The position numbers and the translations under genes are program-made. Under the pieces are notes generated by a model that worked only from the letters and a program-made list of their open reading frames with translations, was not told where the DNA came from and made no database searches. Shown here in pieces: positions 36,901 through 49,384 of a DNA stretch of 59,759 bases. Numbering within the stretch: the first letter of the stretch is position 1; the number at the start of each line of letters is the position of its first letter. Source of the DNA: Basidiobolus meristosporus CBS 931.73 (Eukaryota > Fungi > Basidiobolomycota); the NCBI GenBank assembly GCA_002104905.1, contig MCFE01000547.1, forward strand, positions 1 to 59,759. Direction: 5' to 3'.

Positions 36901-38834
36901 CTGTGTCTGGTGGTAGGCTTACTAGTTCATCTGCAAATAGGTCTGAATATTCCTTCAAAAGAGTTTGGAGCTTTTGGGGTACTGGGGTAGAGGAATCCTC
37001 CTGTAATACTGCTATGAGGAACATCTGAGTGCCTTTTCTTAGTGCTCTACAGAACTGTGTCTTGCTAAACTCACTTGTCTCACACACACTGGAATTGACC
37101 AAGCTAAAATCCAGTCCAGCAGGTAATAGCTCATAGGTCTTGTTATCCTTCTGGATCTGAGTAGCATGGGTTCTCCAGTTGATTGATGGATTATAACATA
37201 ATAGCCAGGTTTTCCCAAGTACAAGGTCAAACTTGCAGTTCCCAAATATATAGGCCTGTAGATCTCCTTCATAGTCATTGATCTTCATCTTTACTGGATG
37301 AATAATACAGTGGATTATGTGAGAGTTCCCAACAGCTGCTGAGACTGAAGTTGATTTGGTGGGTTCCAAGTTGATTCCAGCTTTCAAAGCAAATTGCTCT
37401 GACATGTACTTGTGCAATGCTCCAGAGTCAGTCATGATTTTGGCAGGTACTCCATTGATTACTCTATTCAAGTATAATAGCTTTCCTGAGTTTGAGGTCA
37501 TCTGAGAAAAGTATTCTTCTGTCATATGGAAGGTGAGTTCTGAGTCTTCTTAAAGTTCATCCTCCATGTTACTTTGCTCCAGGGCATCAATATAGTTGAC
37601 GGTTCTTGATGGCTGGTGTCCATTTCTTCTCTGAGGGGAGTACTTTGCAATATGTCCCTGCTGGTGGCAATTAAAGCAAGGTCCATTCTTCTTACATTTT
37701 CTGAGGTAGGATTCTTCTGCATAGCATCTATTTCCATTGGCACTGCTTCTGATTGTCTTCTTTCATAGTGATTATAGCATCTCTGTTTAGTCATTGCTGG
37801 CTTCCCAACTCCAAACATAGCTGAGTCATAGTCAATGGCAATCTTGATGGCCTCTTCAATAGTCTGAGGTCTTTGATAATTCACTTCCTTACAAGTTCTT
37901 TTTTTAACCCATCAATAAAGTTTTCAACTTGATCCAGAGGATCCATTCTTTCAATTTGTTCAAGTAGACACTTATATTTGTAGATGTAATCTTGGACCAT
38001 TCCTTTCTGTCTGAGTGTCTTCAACTTTCTACTTAGTAGTGTCTGTTGGTATGGGGGTTCAAAGGCACTCTGAATTTTCAACACAAACTCATCCCAGGTA
38101 GAGATTGTAGAGCATCCCATCATGGTGGATGACCTGATCTTGTTGTGGTACCACTGAAAAGCTGCATCTGCCAGGTAAGAGGCTGCACAGTGTAGCTTGC
38201 TTTCTGGAGCAATTCCCTTAGCCTTGAAAGCTTCCTCAATCTGGAAGAGCCAAGTTCCCAGGTTTTCATTAACTCTGCCACAGTACCAGTTGACTTTCAC
38301 ACTAGAGTTGCTCTTGACAGGGTTTTGCTGGCTTTGGGCCATGATAGTCATTCCTTGTTGTAGCTGGCTAAGGATCTGGAGTAACTGTTGCTGCTGAGCC
38401 AGGATTTGCTGCATAGCATTCTTCCATTCTTGATTTTTGGACATCTTGAGGGAGGCTTCTTCTTTCTTCAGGAGGGAGGTCTCTGGTTATTGCTGCTACC
38501 AATGTTACAAAACTTGGTATAAGAGTTGTAGAGGAATAGGGAGTTCAGCTAGTATTGTATTCACTAAAACTTGAACTGATCTTTATTGAGGTTCTAGCAG
38601 CTCCTTATATATGTTTGCCAGATCAATTGCTGACTAATTGTATTTCCTAATGTAGGCTGTGGCTGTTGACTCATTTGATTGCATCATCATCACCCAATAA
38701 GATCCTACCTAATATATCTATTTCTGTCTGATAAGGATCTGCTGATTCATATGCTGACTAATGCTACTGATTTCACAGATAATACTGATATACTGATAAC
38801 CTAAACTTAAGCATTCAAGCAGCAGATCAAAACA
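33928..38834 (-). mobile_element. Full-length Gypsy-B retrotransposon (decayed)
   Basis: LTRs 33928-34295 and 38503-38834 (the latter ~36 bp shorter); AATG TSD; PBS TGGTAGCAGC (38492-38501); PPT GGTAGGGGAGAA (34296-34307). Confidence 0.92.
34330..38444 (-). pseudogene. Gypsy-B gag-pol (Gag, PR, RT, RH, IN) with stops and frameshifts
   Basis: AVPMEID; TDSGA; [23 protein letters not shown]; TDASDYAIGG; PFERWGIDFIG; GPF motif. Confidence 0.9.
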
Positions 38835-39229
38835 AATGTTTTAAGTAGGTTGTGGAAGTTTCTAAGTGGCCTAGCAAATGCAACCAATCAGGTACTAGTA
38901 TTTGGAAGCCTGTGTAACATAGCAATACCATGTACAGTATGAAAATGGTAGGGAAAGTGACATGGTTTGGTCATGTGTCATGGGCTCTGGTGCACATGCT
39001 TGCCTATTATGGAAGCACTCACATCAAGTAATCTTATATAAAATGAATGAAAACTTATTTAACAAGGTAAGCAGGTGTGCTAGTGAGCTGGCTTATGGGA
39101 TAGTACCAATCAAGAGAGACAAATGGATTGATACTGAAATAAGGGTAATAGAAAAACAGGGAAGTAGAACATATGGCAATGAGCACATCTGCCAGTTAGT
39201 ATCACTGCTACCCTACTACAGTGGATATT

Positions 39230-40100
39230 AAGGAGGCATTCATGGCAGAAGTGGTGCCAACCAAGCATATGTTTGCAAGATGTATATGTTATCAGCAATA
39301 CATAGTCAATGGCAACTCTGCAGGCATCACCCTAAAAAGCGGTAAAGTTAAGGTGGTAGAAGTATGTTAATTGTGGTAGGTTTGCATGTTTGCAAAGGTT
39401 AGTAAGCAGGAGGCCATAATATTTTTGGTTCAAACTATATGTGGACTACTTGAGGTAGCAGTGGGGGAGTAAATAAAGAGGGGTAATTCTACAATTAAAT
39501 ATATGACTTGCACAAGGGGGGGATAGAAAAAGGAAATACCACTTGGTAAATTGATATAGTTGCATCATTCAGTACCAACTGTAGGCTACCATACTGCAAT
39601 GATAATGCCATCAGAGGATTGCAAAGAGGCTGTCAAAACACCGTCAGGCTTTTTGCCATATGAAGAAGCTGGATGGACTGGATGGTTAGATCCACCCAGA
39701 CAGTTGCAACACCCACTAAGACCATAATAATACCATGCCACCCTTTGCAAATCACTGTAAAAACACCGTTATATTTTGTCAGTTTTATTTGACTGTAAAT
39801 TAGCAAAACATTCTTGTGCTTCTGTCTCAGGATTGTGTAGATATTTATGAATTCCAAGCTGCTGGTATTAAGTAGGTCTCCTGATGGGATCTTGACAGCT
39901 GATTCAGATTGGATCCACCTGTGGGGCTAAATTATTTTCATATGGTTAATTGGTAACCTGCCTAATTCTCAAGTTGAATATTTCATCTAGGCCCAATATA
40001 CCTCAATCAGTGCAAATCTCCATAACTCTGTCTGAGGGCGTTTTAAGGTGTCATGCACAGTCTGTGCAAATCAATATAGACAGAATCAGGCACTTCTTAT
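39230..40100. pseudogene. CACTA transposase 3' fragments (39230-39860 plus strand; 39870-40100 minus strand)
   Basis: Similar to 44040-44450 and, as reverse complement, to 21230-21400. Confidence 0.5.
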
Positions 40101-41999
40101 CATTATTGGTCCTGTAATTTGGGGTATTTCTAATCCAGTTGGATCTCCCACTCAGTGATACCATAATGATCACTTCTGGAATCTTTCTGGGAGGTAATAT
40201 GTGCTGAGCCTCAGATGTGGGGTTCTTGGGTCCTGAGAAGTACTCATTTTGTTGCTCCTATCTAATCCTGATTGTTTGCGGATTCAATTTGGGACTTTTA
40301 GATTCATGTGATAAAATTAGTTGTAAACATTGTGTGCTTTAACTATCCAGCACATCCCTAGGCTTTTCCAATTTCCTTAATTGGCATTTTGGAATTAATA
40401 GGTGTTACTCCCATAACTGTGGCCCAATAATATGCAGTTTACTATTTTTTGCTCAATTTGTGACTGAGTCAAGGGCTACTTCTTAGTTAGTGCATTGCAA
40501 TCACATATCATGAGGTGTTCTGTATTTGATCTTTAGTCTTGGTGCACCTCAAACAAAGTATAATCATACATGAATTGGCTGAAGGTCCTATCCTCAAGGG
40601 ACACAGCTGTAATAGCTGTTTCTTCACTATAACTATCAACCATCCTTGCTCACGGATCATAGATTGTATCATATCCGTTTTTACTTTGTCTACAAGTTAC
40701 TATACTCAGTTTTGCTGTGAGGAGTGTTGTACACTGGTCTCCTGCATTATCTGATGAACTTTGTTGTAACCCATGCAGAGCTTTGCAGTGCATTCTCCAC
40801 CATTTTCTTGGTGTGCTCTCTTGATTTTGTCACCAGTTACTCTTCCCACCATGGCATCAAGCCCCCTAAGCTTAGACAGGGCATCTATGTCTCTTCCATG
40901 AGGTATATCAATGGGTAGCTTGTGTAATCATCTACAAATGTGAATGAATATTTGGCACAACTCAAGGATTAATGTTACATTGGTCTGCACTTATCACAAT
41001 ATATTAACTCTGTTTCAATTTTATTTTGGCTAGCCCAGAACTCCTGAACAGCTGTCTCCCTAGTGTCAAGATGCTTCAAAGTCAATATATCAACTTCCAG
41101 AATCCTTTCTTATGGTTCTACCCAGTGTATCTCTAAATGGTCTATCATTAGTTGTTGCAGCATTTTCACATTCAGGCATTTTGTATTAGTTCACTGCCAT
41201 TCAGATGCACTTGCCTGATAAGTGTCCTTCCCTTTTGCAATGGCTGAATGACAGGTTGCTTTTGCCATCACAAGACCATAAAGCCTGTTTTTTGGGCTTT
41301 TCCTAAGGTGAGTTATCTTATATTTCTCAATAGTGTGTAAAACAATAGATTTGATCTCATCAACAAACAGGGTGTTTTGATCAACTGGACCTCTGCTCTT
41401 TACTCCTTGCAGCATCTTTGTGGCAGAAATATTGTGTCAAAGGTACATCTTTGTAGCAGCAGAACATCACTAGTAGATGTCTTCTGATGCCTTCCAGCTA
41501 CTCCTTGCAATTTTTGCTTTTGAGCAATGAGTTGGCAATTTGTCTTTGATGTTTGGCAAATGAAGTTGAAGGCACTTTGTTCTTTCTTCTGATACTCAAA
41601 CACTTATTGTATTATACCTTCAAGATGGGGTTCTTCTTGCATAAGGCTATTCCACAGCATCTTTCCTGAAGTAGCAGTATCTGCTTCACCCACTAGACTT
41701 GGCATTTGGCTCCATTCAGCTATGTATCATTAGATAAGTTCATGGAGGCCATATTGATCATGTGGTCTTGGTTGATGATTGGCTGCATACAAGAGAATTT
41801 TTTGATTTTAAATGGTGTTAGCAAGATACTAAAATAAAGTATGTCTAGAAAGGTCTCAAAAACATATGTCTAAAGCTAGGTGCCTTTGATGCTACATGTC
41901 AAAATTTCATTTTCAGGGTACCAAATGTTTTGATCAAATTATTATAAGTACAATTCCAAAAACAGCTTGGTCAGAGTTCTCTAGTATTTGCAGGGATGA

Positions 42000-44600
42000 G
42001 CCAGGTGAGTAAGTCATGTCCATGCTTGAAAGCAATTGCAATACTTACAAAAGTTTCAAGCTGTATGATCCCTTTTTGATGGCAGAGATATTGGACAAAA
42101 TTGCAAGATATTGTTGTAATAACTTGTAATTCCACCCATATGCTCATCTGACATAGTCACTGAGATCATTACCTATAAATCTTAGTGAATTACCACCAAA
42201 TTCCTGGTGGAACCTATGTCCATCCTAGCATCAGGAAGCCAGTACCTGAAAATGCTCAAAGTTGCTTGCACATCTCTTAACTTTGCACACAGGTTTTTGG
42301 TACCTTCCTAAGCATATTCTGATTGTGTGTTATTGCAAGACCATACAAAAGCATGATTGCTACTTTTATAGTCAATGGATCATTAAGTGAGAACCACATA
42401 GCCTACTTCTTGTCCCATGAACTCCAAGTATCCCTAACACTTGTACAAAAGTTATTCTGGAGTATCCACTTCTAAAAGTACTTCCCACAAGCTCTAACTG
42501 AGAGTTAAGCACATGTACAGCAATTCATATGCAAGGACATGAAGTACTCAATATGTATTTAATCAAGTCATATTCTGCAGAAATTCTACTAAGAATGCAT
42601 TGCAGATATTGGGAGTCAGACAATGACATTTTAGGAATGTTAATCCAGAAGTAGATCACCTTTACTAATTTGGTGCATTAACAACCTTTGGTCTAGGCTT
42701 TTGTTGCAGGATTTAGGTGGCTATAGTACAAGTACTCAGGTGAGTGCATAGATCTCTGCTACCATTGAATATGTTGTCCACTGCATCTTGCTTGGTGTGT
42801 GGAATAGACTTGTTCTGTTGGATAGTGCCACATTGAGCCATGAGTGCCAAATGATGCCATAGTGTGCCAGAGAGGCCAAGTGAGCCTCTACCTGGCCACA
42901 GAGTGTGAAACATGGCTCTGCATCTTCATGCAAAGCAGCCCCTGTGTTTCACCCATTGTGTTGGAGAAAATCCATTTTTTGACCTTTTTTTTTGGATCAA
43001 TGTTGTGCAGGATGTGTTAGAGCACCAGCATATTGAAGATATGCATCTGGTACTCAATACCCATGGCACCCTAAATCTAGCTCCTGTAGCTTGTATCATG
43101 TCACAAAAATGAATGGCACTATCTTGGTCCACCGGTACTATCTGGCACTATAAGTGCTTTGTATAGATCTTACATTAGGTCTAATACTTAAATATAGTGC
43201 CAGATAGTACCGGTGGACCAAGATAGTGCCATTCATTTTTGTGACATGATACAAGCTACAGGAGCTAGATTCAGAGTGCCATGGGTATTGAGTACCAGAC
43301 GCATATCTTCAGTTCTCCTGTGCTCTTACACATCCTGAGCTACATTGATCCACAAAAAAAGGTCAAAAAATGGATTTTCTCTAACACAATGGGTAAAACA
43401 CAGGGGCTGCTTTACATGAAGATGCAGAGCTATGTTTCACACTCTGTGGCCAAGTATAGGCTCACTTTACCTCTCTGGCACACTATGGCATCATTTGGCA
43501 CTCATGGCTCAATGTGGCACTATCCAACGGAACAAGTCTAATACATTGGAACTAACTTTAACTTACAAGAGTCTCCTGTGGGGCAGATGCAATGGGAGAT
43601 AGGGTGACAATGAAGTAGCTAGTATGGCCATATGCCAATCTTGTCAAGAATATTAACTATAAGCTCAGCATAGTTGTGATGAGCTGGCATATGCAGGATA
43701 GCCTGGAGGAGTCAGAAGCTACAGTGAACAAATATGCAAATGAAGACATCTATGCCACCAGCATTAGGAAGTTAGTCAGATGCAATGTGTGGCTAATCAG
43801 TCAGATATGGCATGACTGGGCTGAGCACAATATGCAGCCAATTTCAGTTAGGTCAGCTTCACCAAAGTATGCCAGCTATCAAATTAGCTTAAGGCACCAT
43901 CAACACCTTTGAGGGTAGAATCCATGCAAACCACAGCTGGACCACAACTATAAGAGTGGCTAGAACCCATCAGAGCAGAGGAACTTATTTGCCAAGTATT
44001 AAGAAGTATTTGGCTAATATTCAAGGGATACTAATAACAACACTGATGGCAACCAGGCATATGTTTGCATGATCCATGTATTACCAGTAATATAACATAT
44101 GTAATAAATGTTAAAGTATCAAACTGAAAAGCTGTAGAATTGAAGTGATAGAGGTGTGTCAGTTGCAGCAGGTGTACATGCATGTAGAGATTAGTAAGCT
44201 GCAGGCCATAGCGTATTTTTGATTTGAACTATATGAGCAATGGACATAACAGCAGTCAGAAGCAAATAAAGTGACAAGATTCTACAATGGAATCTTTAAA
44301 TAGCATAAGGGGAGGTATCAAATTAAGTTCCATTTGGTATATTAGTCTGGTAGCATTGCACATGACTAATAGTAGGCTTTTGTACTACTATGAAAATGCA
44401 ATCAGAAGTCTGCAGTAAAACTGTTAAGCACCAACCAACATCCCACCATGTAAGGTGCCAATATTTAGTTGCAGGCTAGGTCTGCCTAATTATGCACACC
44501 ACATTTGTTGTATAAGCTTACAATTGCACCTATTATTCTCCAGACTTGGACACCTAGAACATTACCTACAAATCTTAGAGGATTCCGGCCATACTTCTGA
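42000..44600 (+). pseudogene. CACTA transposase, diverged subfamily, interrupted by the fold-back element
   Basis: HLAWCVE-YIG frame restored across the AAT TSD; 43600-43900 matches 21000-21250 and 31740-31990. Confidence 0.6.
42806..43539. mobile_element. Fold-back non-autonomous PHIS derivative, copy 2 (734 bp)
   Basis: Inverted arms; 40-bp loop in opposite orientation to copy 1; AAT TSD at 42803-42805 and 43540-43542. Confidence 0.9.
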
Positions 44601-44690
44601 CTGATATCTAGCTGGAATGGCTCACCTAATCATTTGATACCAGAACATGATACTTCTTGAAGTTTTCCAAACAGTCTCATGTAGTCCACG

Positions 44691-44975
44691 TGTTGTCTTG
44701 AGTACCTCCTCAATGTATTTTAGATGTATGTTTGCAAAGACCTTGTTGAAGTATAAGTACCACTTCTATAATCAGTAAATCATTAATAGAATGGACAAAA
44801 TTGACTTCTCCTTTGCATTACTGCAATATCTGTAACTCTCTCAACAGGTTATGAGCCACAAGCTGTCACTCTCTGAAATGGCTGCCACTGTCATTGTTGG
44901 AACTTCTCCTGCCCCTAAACAGCTGGATGATCTTAACCACCAAGTTTGGAATGAGAAGACCAAGATGCTGCCAAA
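44691..44975 (+). mobile_element. Remnant of a second Copia family: short LTR, PBS and gag start
   Basis: TGTTG(44691)...CAACA(44846); GGTTATGAGCC at 44847-44857; ATG 44878 MAATVIVGTSPAPKQLDDLNHQVWNEK. LTR start is tentative. Confidence 0.55.
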
Positions 44976-45429
44976 GTAAACCCTATGTAAAATTAATGAG
45001 ACAATGCCATCAAAAGGCTGGCACAAAGCTAAAGTCCTGTGACTAAGTGGTACTGATCCCTGTTGAAATATTGGACTATTTGGTATCATTCAGCAGCTAA
45101 AAATTTACTTAGCAATTCTAGGCTAGTCTTAGTCACTGTAGGACTCATTTACTGCCTTTACTTCGCCACTTTCTCCAGATATATGATCTTATGATTATTC
45201 CCCTATAGTCAGGATCAAATTGGCACTATTACCAAACATTATGTACTAACCCTGAAACTGTTACAGAATGCTCCTGAATATTGAGAAACCCTCCCTACTT
45301 AGTGTTGCAGCTGTATTACTTCTACAAAGGTATAAATACTGAGCTTCTTTATGAATAAACAACAGTTCAACTATTATCACTATTTCTTGATAAGTTCCTT
45401 ATATCCAAATTACTTCTTAAATTGCAACA

Positions 45430-45441
45430 GGTTATGAGCCC
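45430..45441 (+). other. Half-tRNA-iMet primer-binding site (Ty5/copia type)
   Basis: GGTTATGAGCCC is complementary to the iMet anticodon arm GGGCUCAUAACC and abuts the LTR CA. Confidence 0.85.
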
Positions 45442-45465
45442 CAATTGCCTTAATCTATTCTAAAG

Positions 45466-48400
45466 ATGACTTCTACCAGCAAACAAAGCAATACCAACAT
45501 CTTCCCTGTAAAGGAGAGGTTTGATGGGAAGAACTACAGACTTTGGAGAATCAAGATGCAGATCCACCTTGAGGAAAGAAAGCTTTGGAACATAGTAACA
45601 GGAAAGGAAGTTGAGCCCAAAGGAACAGCAGAAGATTTGGAGAAGTTTCAAGAGAAGGAGAGAAAGGCCTTCAATGCAATATGCATCAATGTGCAAGACT
45701 CCTTCATTGGACAAATCCATGCCTCAAATACTGCCAAAGCAGCATGGGAATCCTTGGAGAAGATCTTTAGAACAAAGTCAGTATCAAGCAAGCTTTATTT
45801 GAAACAAAAGTTCTTCAACATGAGAAAAAAGCCAGATGATGACATGCTACAACTCATTACCAGAATGGAGACACTTGCAGAAGAACTTTACAGTATTAAT
45901 GCTGGTGTAGATGATGAAGAAAAGATACTCTGTCTGCTTTGCAGCCTACCAGACGAGTATGAGCCACTCATACTTTCTTTTGAAAGCAGAGATGACAACT
46001 TGACTTTAGACTATGTCAAAGGAAGACTTCTCCATGAAGAACTCAGACGTAATGACCAAGCAGAGAAAATTGAAGATAATGCTTTATTCAGTTCAGAAAG
46101 GCATACAGAAAAGAAGGGAAAGCAACAAAACCGAAGAAAACCTGGCTGCTGTAACTACTGAAAGAAGCCAGGACACTGGGCAAGAGAATGCAAGAAGAAA
46201 CAAGCAGACAAAAAACAGAAACTAGAGCAGGCAAACCATATAACTACTGATGAACAGCTATTTGTCACTGTACAAGAGAGTGCAAGTAACCGAAGTAATG
46301 AATGGTATATTGACTCTGGAGCATCACAGCATATTTGTGGTATAAAGGATTGGTTCAGCAACTTAAAGACTATTCCCGTAAGAAAGGTTTATCTGGGAGA
46401 TAACTCTGCATTGGAAGCTACCGCCAGTGGGTCCATACAACTAAATATGAGTGATAACTCAGGGGCAACAACAGCAAAACTGACTGACGTACTCTATGAA
46501 CCTGGAATAGCTAAGAACCTACTCTCAGTCAGTAAAGCAACTACTCAGGGACTGAAATTTGTTTTTACTAAGCTGAGCTGCTCAATATTGAGTGAAAATG
46601 GACAAAAATTAGCTTCGGGAATCAGAGATCACAATATATACAAGTTACAATGCAAGATCATTGTACCTGAGTATGTCAACATTGCTGAAACTAATGAAAC
46701 CAACTAGGAGACGTGGCATAGGAGGCTAGGACACATAGGGGAACAGAAAATGAGCCAATTGGTGAAAAATCAGCTTGTTTTGGGCCTAAAATACTCATTT
46801 CCGATCAAATTGAATGTTTGTAAGGGATGTTCATATGGCAAACAAGCTAGGCAATGTTTCAAGAGCTCAGAAGGCATCAATACCACCGAAATATTGGCTA
46901 TTGTACACTCAGACATATGTGGCCCCATGAGAACACTGTCCTTTGGAGCCAAGAGATACTTTATGACGTTTATATGATGACAAGACAAGATATACATGGG
47001 TGTACTTCCTCAAAACAAAGGATGAAGCTTTAGAGACGTTTAAGCACTTCAAGAACATGGCAGAAACACAAACTGGGTGTAAATTGAAGGTACTACAAAG
47101 TGACAATGGAGGAGAATACTGCTCAAAGGAGTTTGCAAAATACTGCTTGTCTACTGGTATACTTCAACAGACCACAGTTCCTCATACTCCACAGCAAAAT
47201 GGAGTAGCAGAACGTGCAAATAGAACAATAGTAGAGATGGGAAGATCTATGCTACATGATAAGGGAATGGACTACAAGTTTTGGGCTGAATCTGTTGCTA
47301 CCGCTGTATACATCAAGAACAGATGCCCAACAACAGCACTACGTGATTCTACACCCTTTGAAGCATATACAGGCAAAAAACCAGATCTCCAGCACCTCAG
47401 GATCTTTGGCAGTGATGTTTTTTATCACATCCCTCACAAAAAATGCTCAAAGTTGGAACCAAAGAGTAGAAAAGGGATCTTTCTTGGGTATTGTGAAGAT
47501 ACTAAAGGGTATAGAGTGTATGATGGCAAAATTCAGAAGCTGATCAAGAGCAGGGACGTTGTATTTGAGGAGAATTCAGATCAGAAAGCCACAGAAATCA
47601 TTGGCCAGCTGCCTGATGATGCAATCAACACAAATGAAGAAGATACGTACCAAATCCAGCCAGAGATGGAAGATACTTCTACCAGTCCCAGATCAGAACA
47701 GATTATCCCAGTTAGGAGATCTACCAGAATAAGAAATGCCCCTGGATCCTGGTGGCAGACATCCAATGATCATGAAGAAGCTTATCTTGCCTTATGTGCC
47801 GAACCTCAGAATCTGGAACAGGCAATGCAAGGTCCAGATGCTACTAAGTGGCAACAAGCCATGCAGGAGGAGTACCAATCACTGATCAAGGCAAAAACGT
47901 GGGAACTGGTAGATTTACCAAATGGGAGAAAGCCAATAGGATGTAGATGGGTCTACAAGATCAAGATAACCTCAAATGGTGCTGTTGATAAGTACAAGGC
48001 TAGATTGGTAGCTAAAGGCTATTCACAGATCCAGGGACTAGACTTTAAGGAAACATTTGCTCCGGTTGCCAAGTTTAACTCTATTAGGACAGTTCTAGCC
48101 CTGGCAGCTGTACACAGCCTAGATCTACACCAAATGGATGTCAAAACAGCCTTTCTAAATGGGGATTTGCAAGAAACTATATATATGGAGCAACCAGAAG
48201 GTTTTACCGATCCAAAAAGCCCCCATAAGGTGTGCAAACTTAGAAAATTGTTGTATGGGCTTAAGCAGGCACCCAGAGCATGGTATAACAAGATTGACAC
48301 ATATCTAGAGGAAATTGGGTTCTCTCGTAGCACTGCAGATCACAGTATATATGTGAAACAGCTCAAAAAGGGTGTGATCATCTTAGTTCTTTATGTGGAC

Positions 48401-49384
48401 GACCTAATTATAGCTACAAGTGATCAAGAGGCACTTAAACAGACAGAATCAGATCTCTTCAGCAAGTTTGAGATGAAGGATCTTGGAAAATTGAGCTATT
48501 TTCTTGGAATTGAGGTCAAATTTGACATACCTACGCAGAAAATTGTGCTGAATCAGTCTAAGTACATCAGGGACATTCTTAGATGCTTCAAAATGGAAAA
48601 TTGCAAACCTGCAGCAACCCCTATGGACAATAACCTGAAATTAAGCAAATCTCAGCCAGTTATAGATGAAAACGGCTCAAATATGGACCAAAACTTTCCC
48701 TATCAATCAATGGTTGGTAGCCTAATGTATTTGATGGTGTCTACACGTCCAGATATTGCAGTAGCAGTTGGAATAGTCAGTCAATTCATGCAGAATTATG
48801 GATCAGATCAAATTGCAGCAGTTAAGCGGATTTTGAGATATCTACAAGGTACCATATATATGGTACTGGAATACTCTGGAGCAGCTAATAGGCAAAAATT
48901 TGATGGTTATAGTGATTCAGATTGGGGTAGAGATCTGATTGACAGACGCTCTACCACAGGCTATGTATTTCTTTATGCTGGTGCAGCTATTACTTGGAAT
49001 TGCAAGAAACAACCAACTGTGGCACTATCTACAACTGAAGCCAAATATATGGCTGCATGTCAAGCAACTAAGGAGGCTATATGGCTACAAAAATTATTCA
49101 AAGACTTAGGTTTTAATTCAGGTGAACCAACATGTATTTACAAGGATAATCAAAGTTGTATTTCATTAGCTAGAAATCCTACTAATCATGCCAGAACTAA
49201 GCACATTGATATACAGCCTCACTTTGTGAGGGAAGCTGTAGAAAATAACTTAGTAGAGCTGGTTTACTGCCCAACTGACAAAATGGTGGCAGACATATTG
49301 ACAAAACCACTAGCTAGGCCACAGGTTGAGATCCTTAGAGAGAAATTGGGATTAAGAAATTATTTAGTTGAGGGGGAGTGTTGA
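45466..49384 (+). pseudogene. Copia gag-pol with one nonsense codon (46159-46161) and one +1 frameshift (~46973)
   Basis: FDGKNYRLW Gag; CNY*KKPGHWAREC knuckle; WYIDSGASQH protease; WHRRLGH...CKGC and HSDICGP integrase. Confidence 0.92.
47000..49384 (+). CDS. Copia integrase core, RT and RNase H (794 aa open)
   Basis: SDNGGEY, QQNGVAERAN, KARLVAKG, QMDVKTAFL, LYVDD, YSDSDWG, ADILTKPL; stop falls inside the 3' LTR. Confidence 0.95.
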   Translation: MYFLKTKDEALETFKHFKNMAETQTGCKLKVLQSDNGGEYCSKEFAKYCLSTGILQQTTVPHTPQQNGVAERANRTIVEMGRSMLHDKGMDYKFWAESVATAVYIKNRCPTTALRDSTPFEAYTGKKPDLQHLRIFGSDVFYHIPHKKCSKLEPKSRKGIFLGYCEDTKGYRVYDGKIQKLIKSRDVVFEENSDQKATEIIGQLPDDAINTNEEDTYQIQPEMEDTSTSPRSEQIIPVRRSTRIRNAPGSWWQTSNDHEEAYLALCAEPQNLEQAMQGPDATKWQQAMQEEYQSLIKAKTWELVDLPNGRKPIGCRWVYKIKITSNGAVDKYKARLVAKGYSQIQGLDFKETFAPVAKFNSIRTVLALAAVHSLDLHQMDVKTAFLNGDLQETIYMEQPEGFTDPKSPHKVCKLRKLLYGLKQAPRAWYNKIDTYLEEIGFSRSTADHSIYVKQLKKGVIILVLYVDDLIIATSDQEALKQTESDLFSKFEMKDLGKLSYFLGIEVKFDIPTQKIVLNQSKYIRDILRCFKMENCKPAATPMDNNLKLSKSQPVIDENGSNMDQNFPYQSMVGSLMYLMVSTRPDIAVAVGIVSQFMQNYGSDQIAAVKRILRYLQGTIYMVLEYSGAANRQKFDGYSDSDWGRDLIDRRSTTGYVFLYAGAAITWNCKKQPTVALSTTEAKYMAACQATKEAIWLQKLFKDLGFNSGEPTCIYKDNQSCISLARNPTNHARTKHIDIQPHFVREAVENNLVELVYCPTDKMVADILTKPLARPQVEILREKLGLRNYLVEGEC

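Larger units (their letters stand above)
33270..39220 (-). repeat. LTR-A (reverse, diverged) split by the Gypsy-B insertion
   Basis: 33270-33927 joins 38839-39220; ends ...CCCTACTACA; right flank GTGG; left end eroded. Confidence 0.75.

Noticed and set aside
40100-41950. Possible decayed Gypsy integrase or RNase H on the minus strand (IDALSK, KYKITHLRKSP)
   Set aside because: Motifs are too weak and scattered to support; needs tblastn. Left unannotated.
26975-44600. CACTA terminal inverted repeats
   Set aside because: No CACTA or CACTG ends with a 2-3-bp TSD could be located, so superfamily assignment rests on transposase motifs only.
45255-45300. HSE-like run in the Copia LTR (GAAtgCTCctGAAtaTTG)
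   Set aside because: Two of four units are mismatched; not distinguishable from chance.
46159-46161. Programmed read-through at the Copia gag TGA
   Set aside because: The TGA replaces the second Cys of the CCHC knuckle, so it is a mutation or sequencing error.
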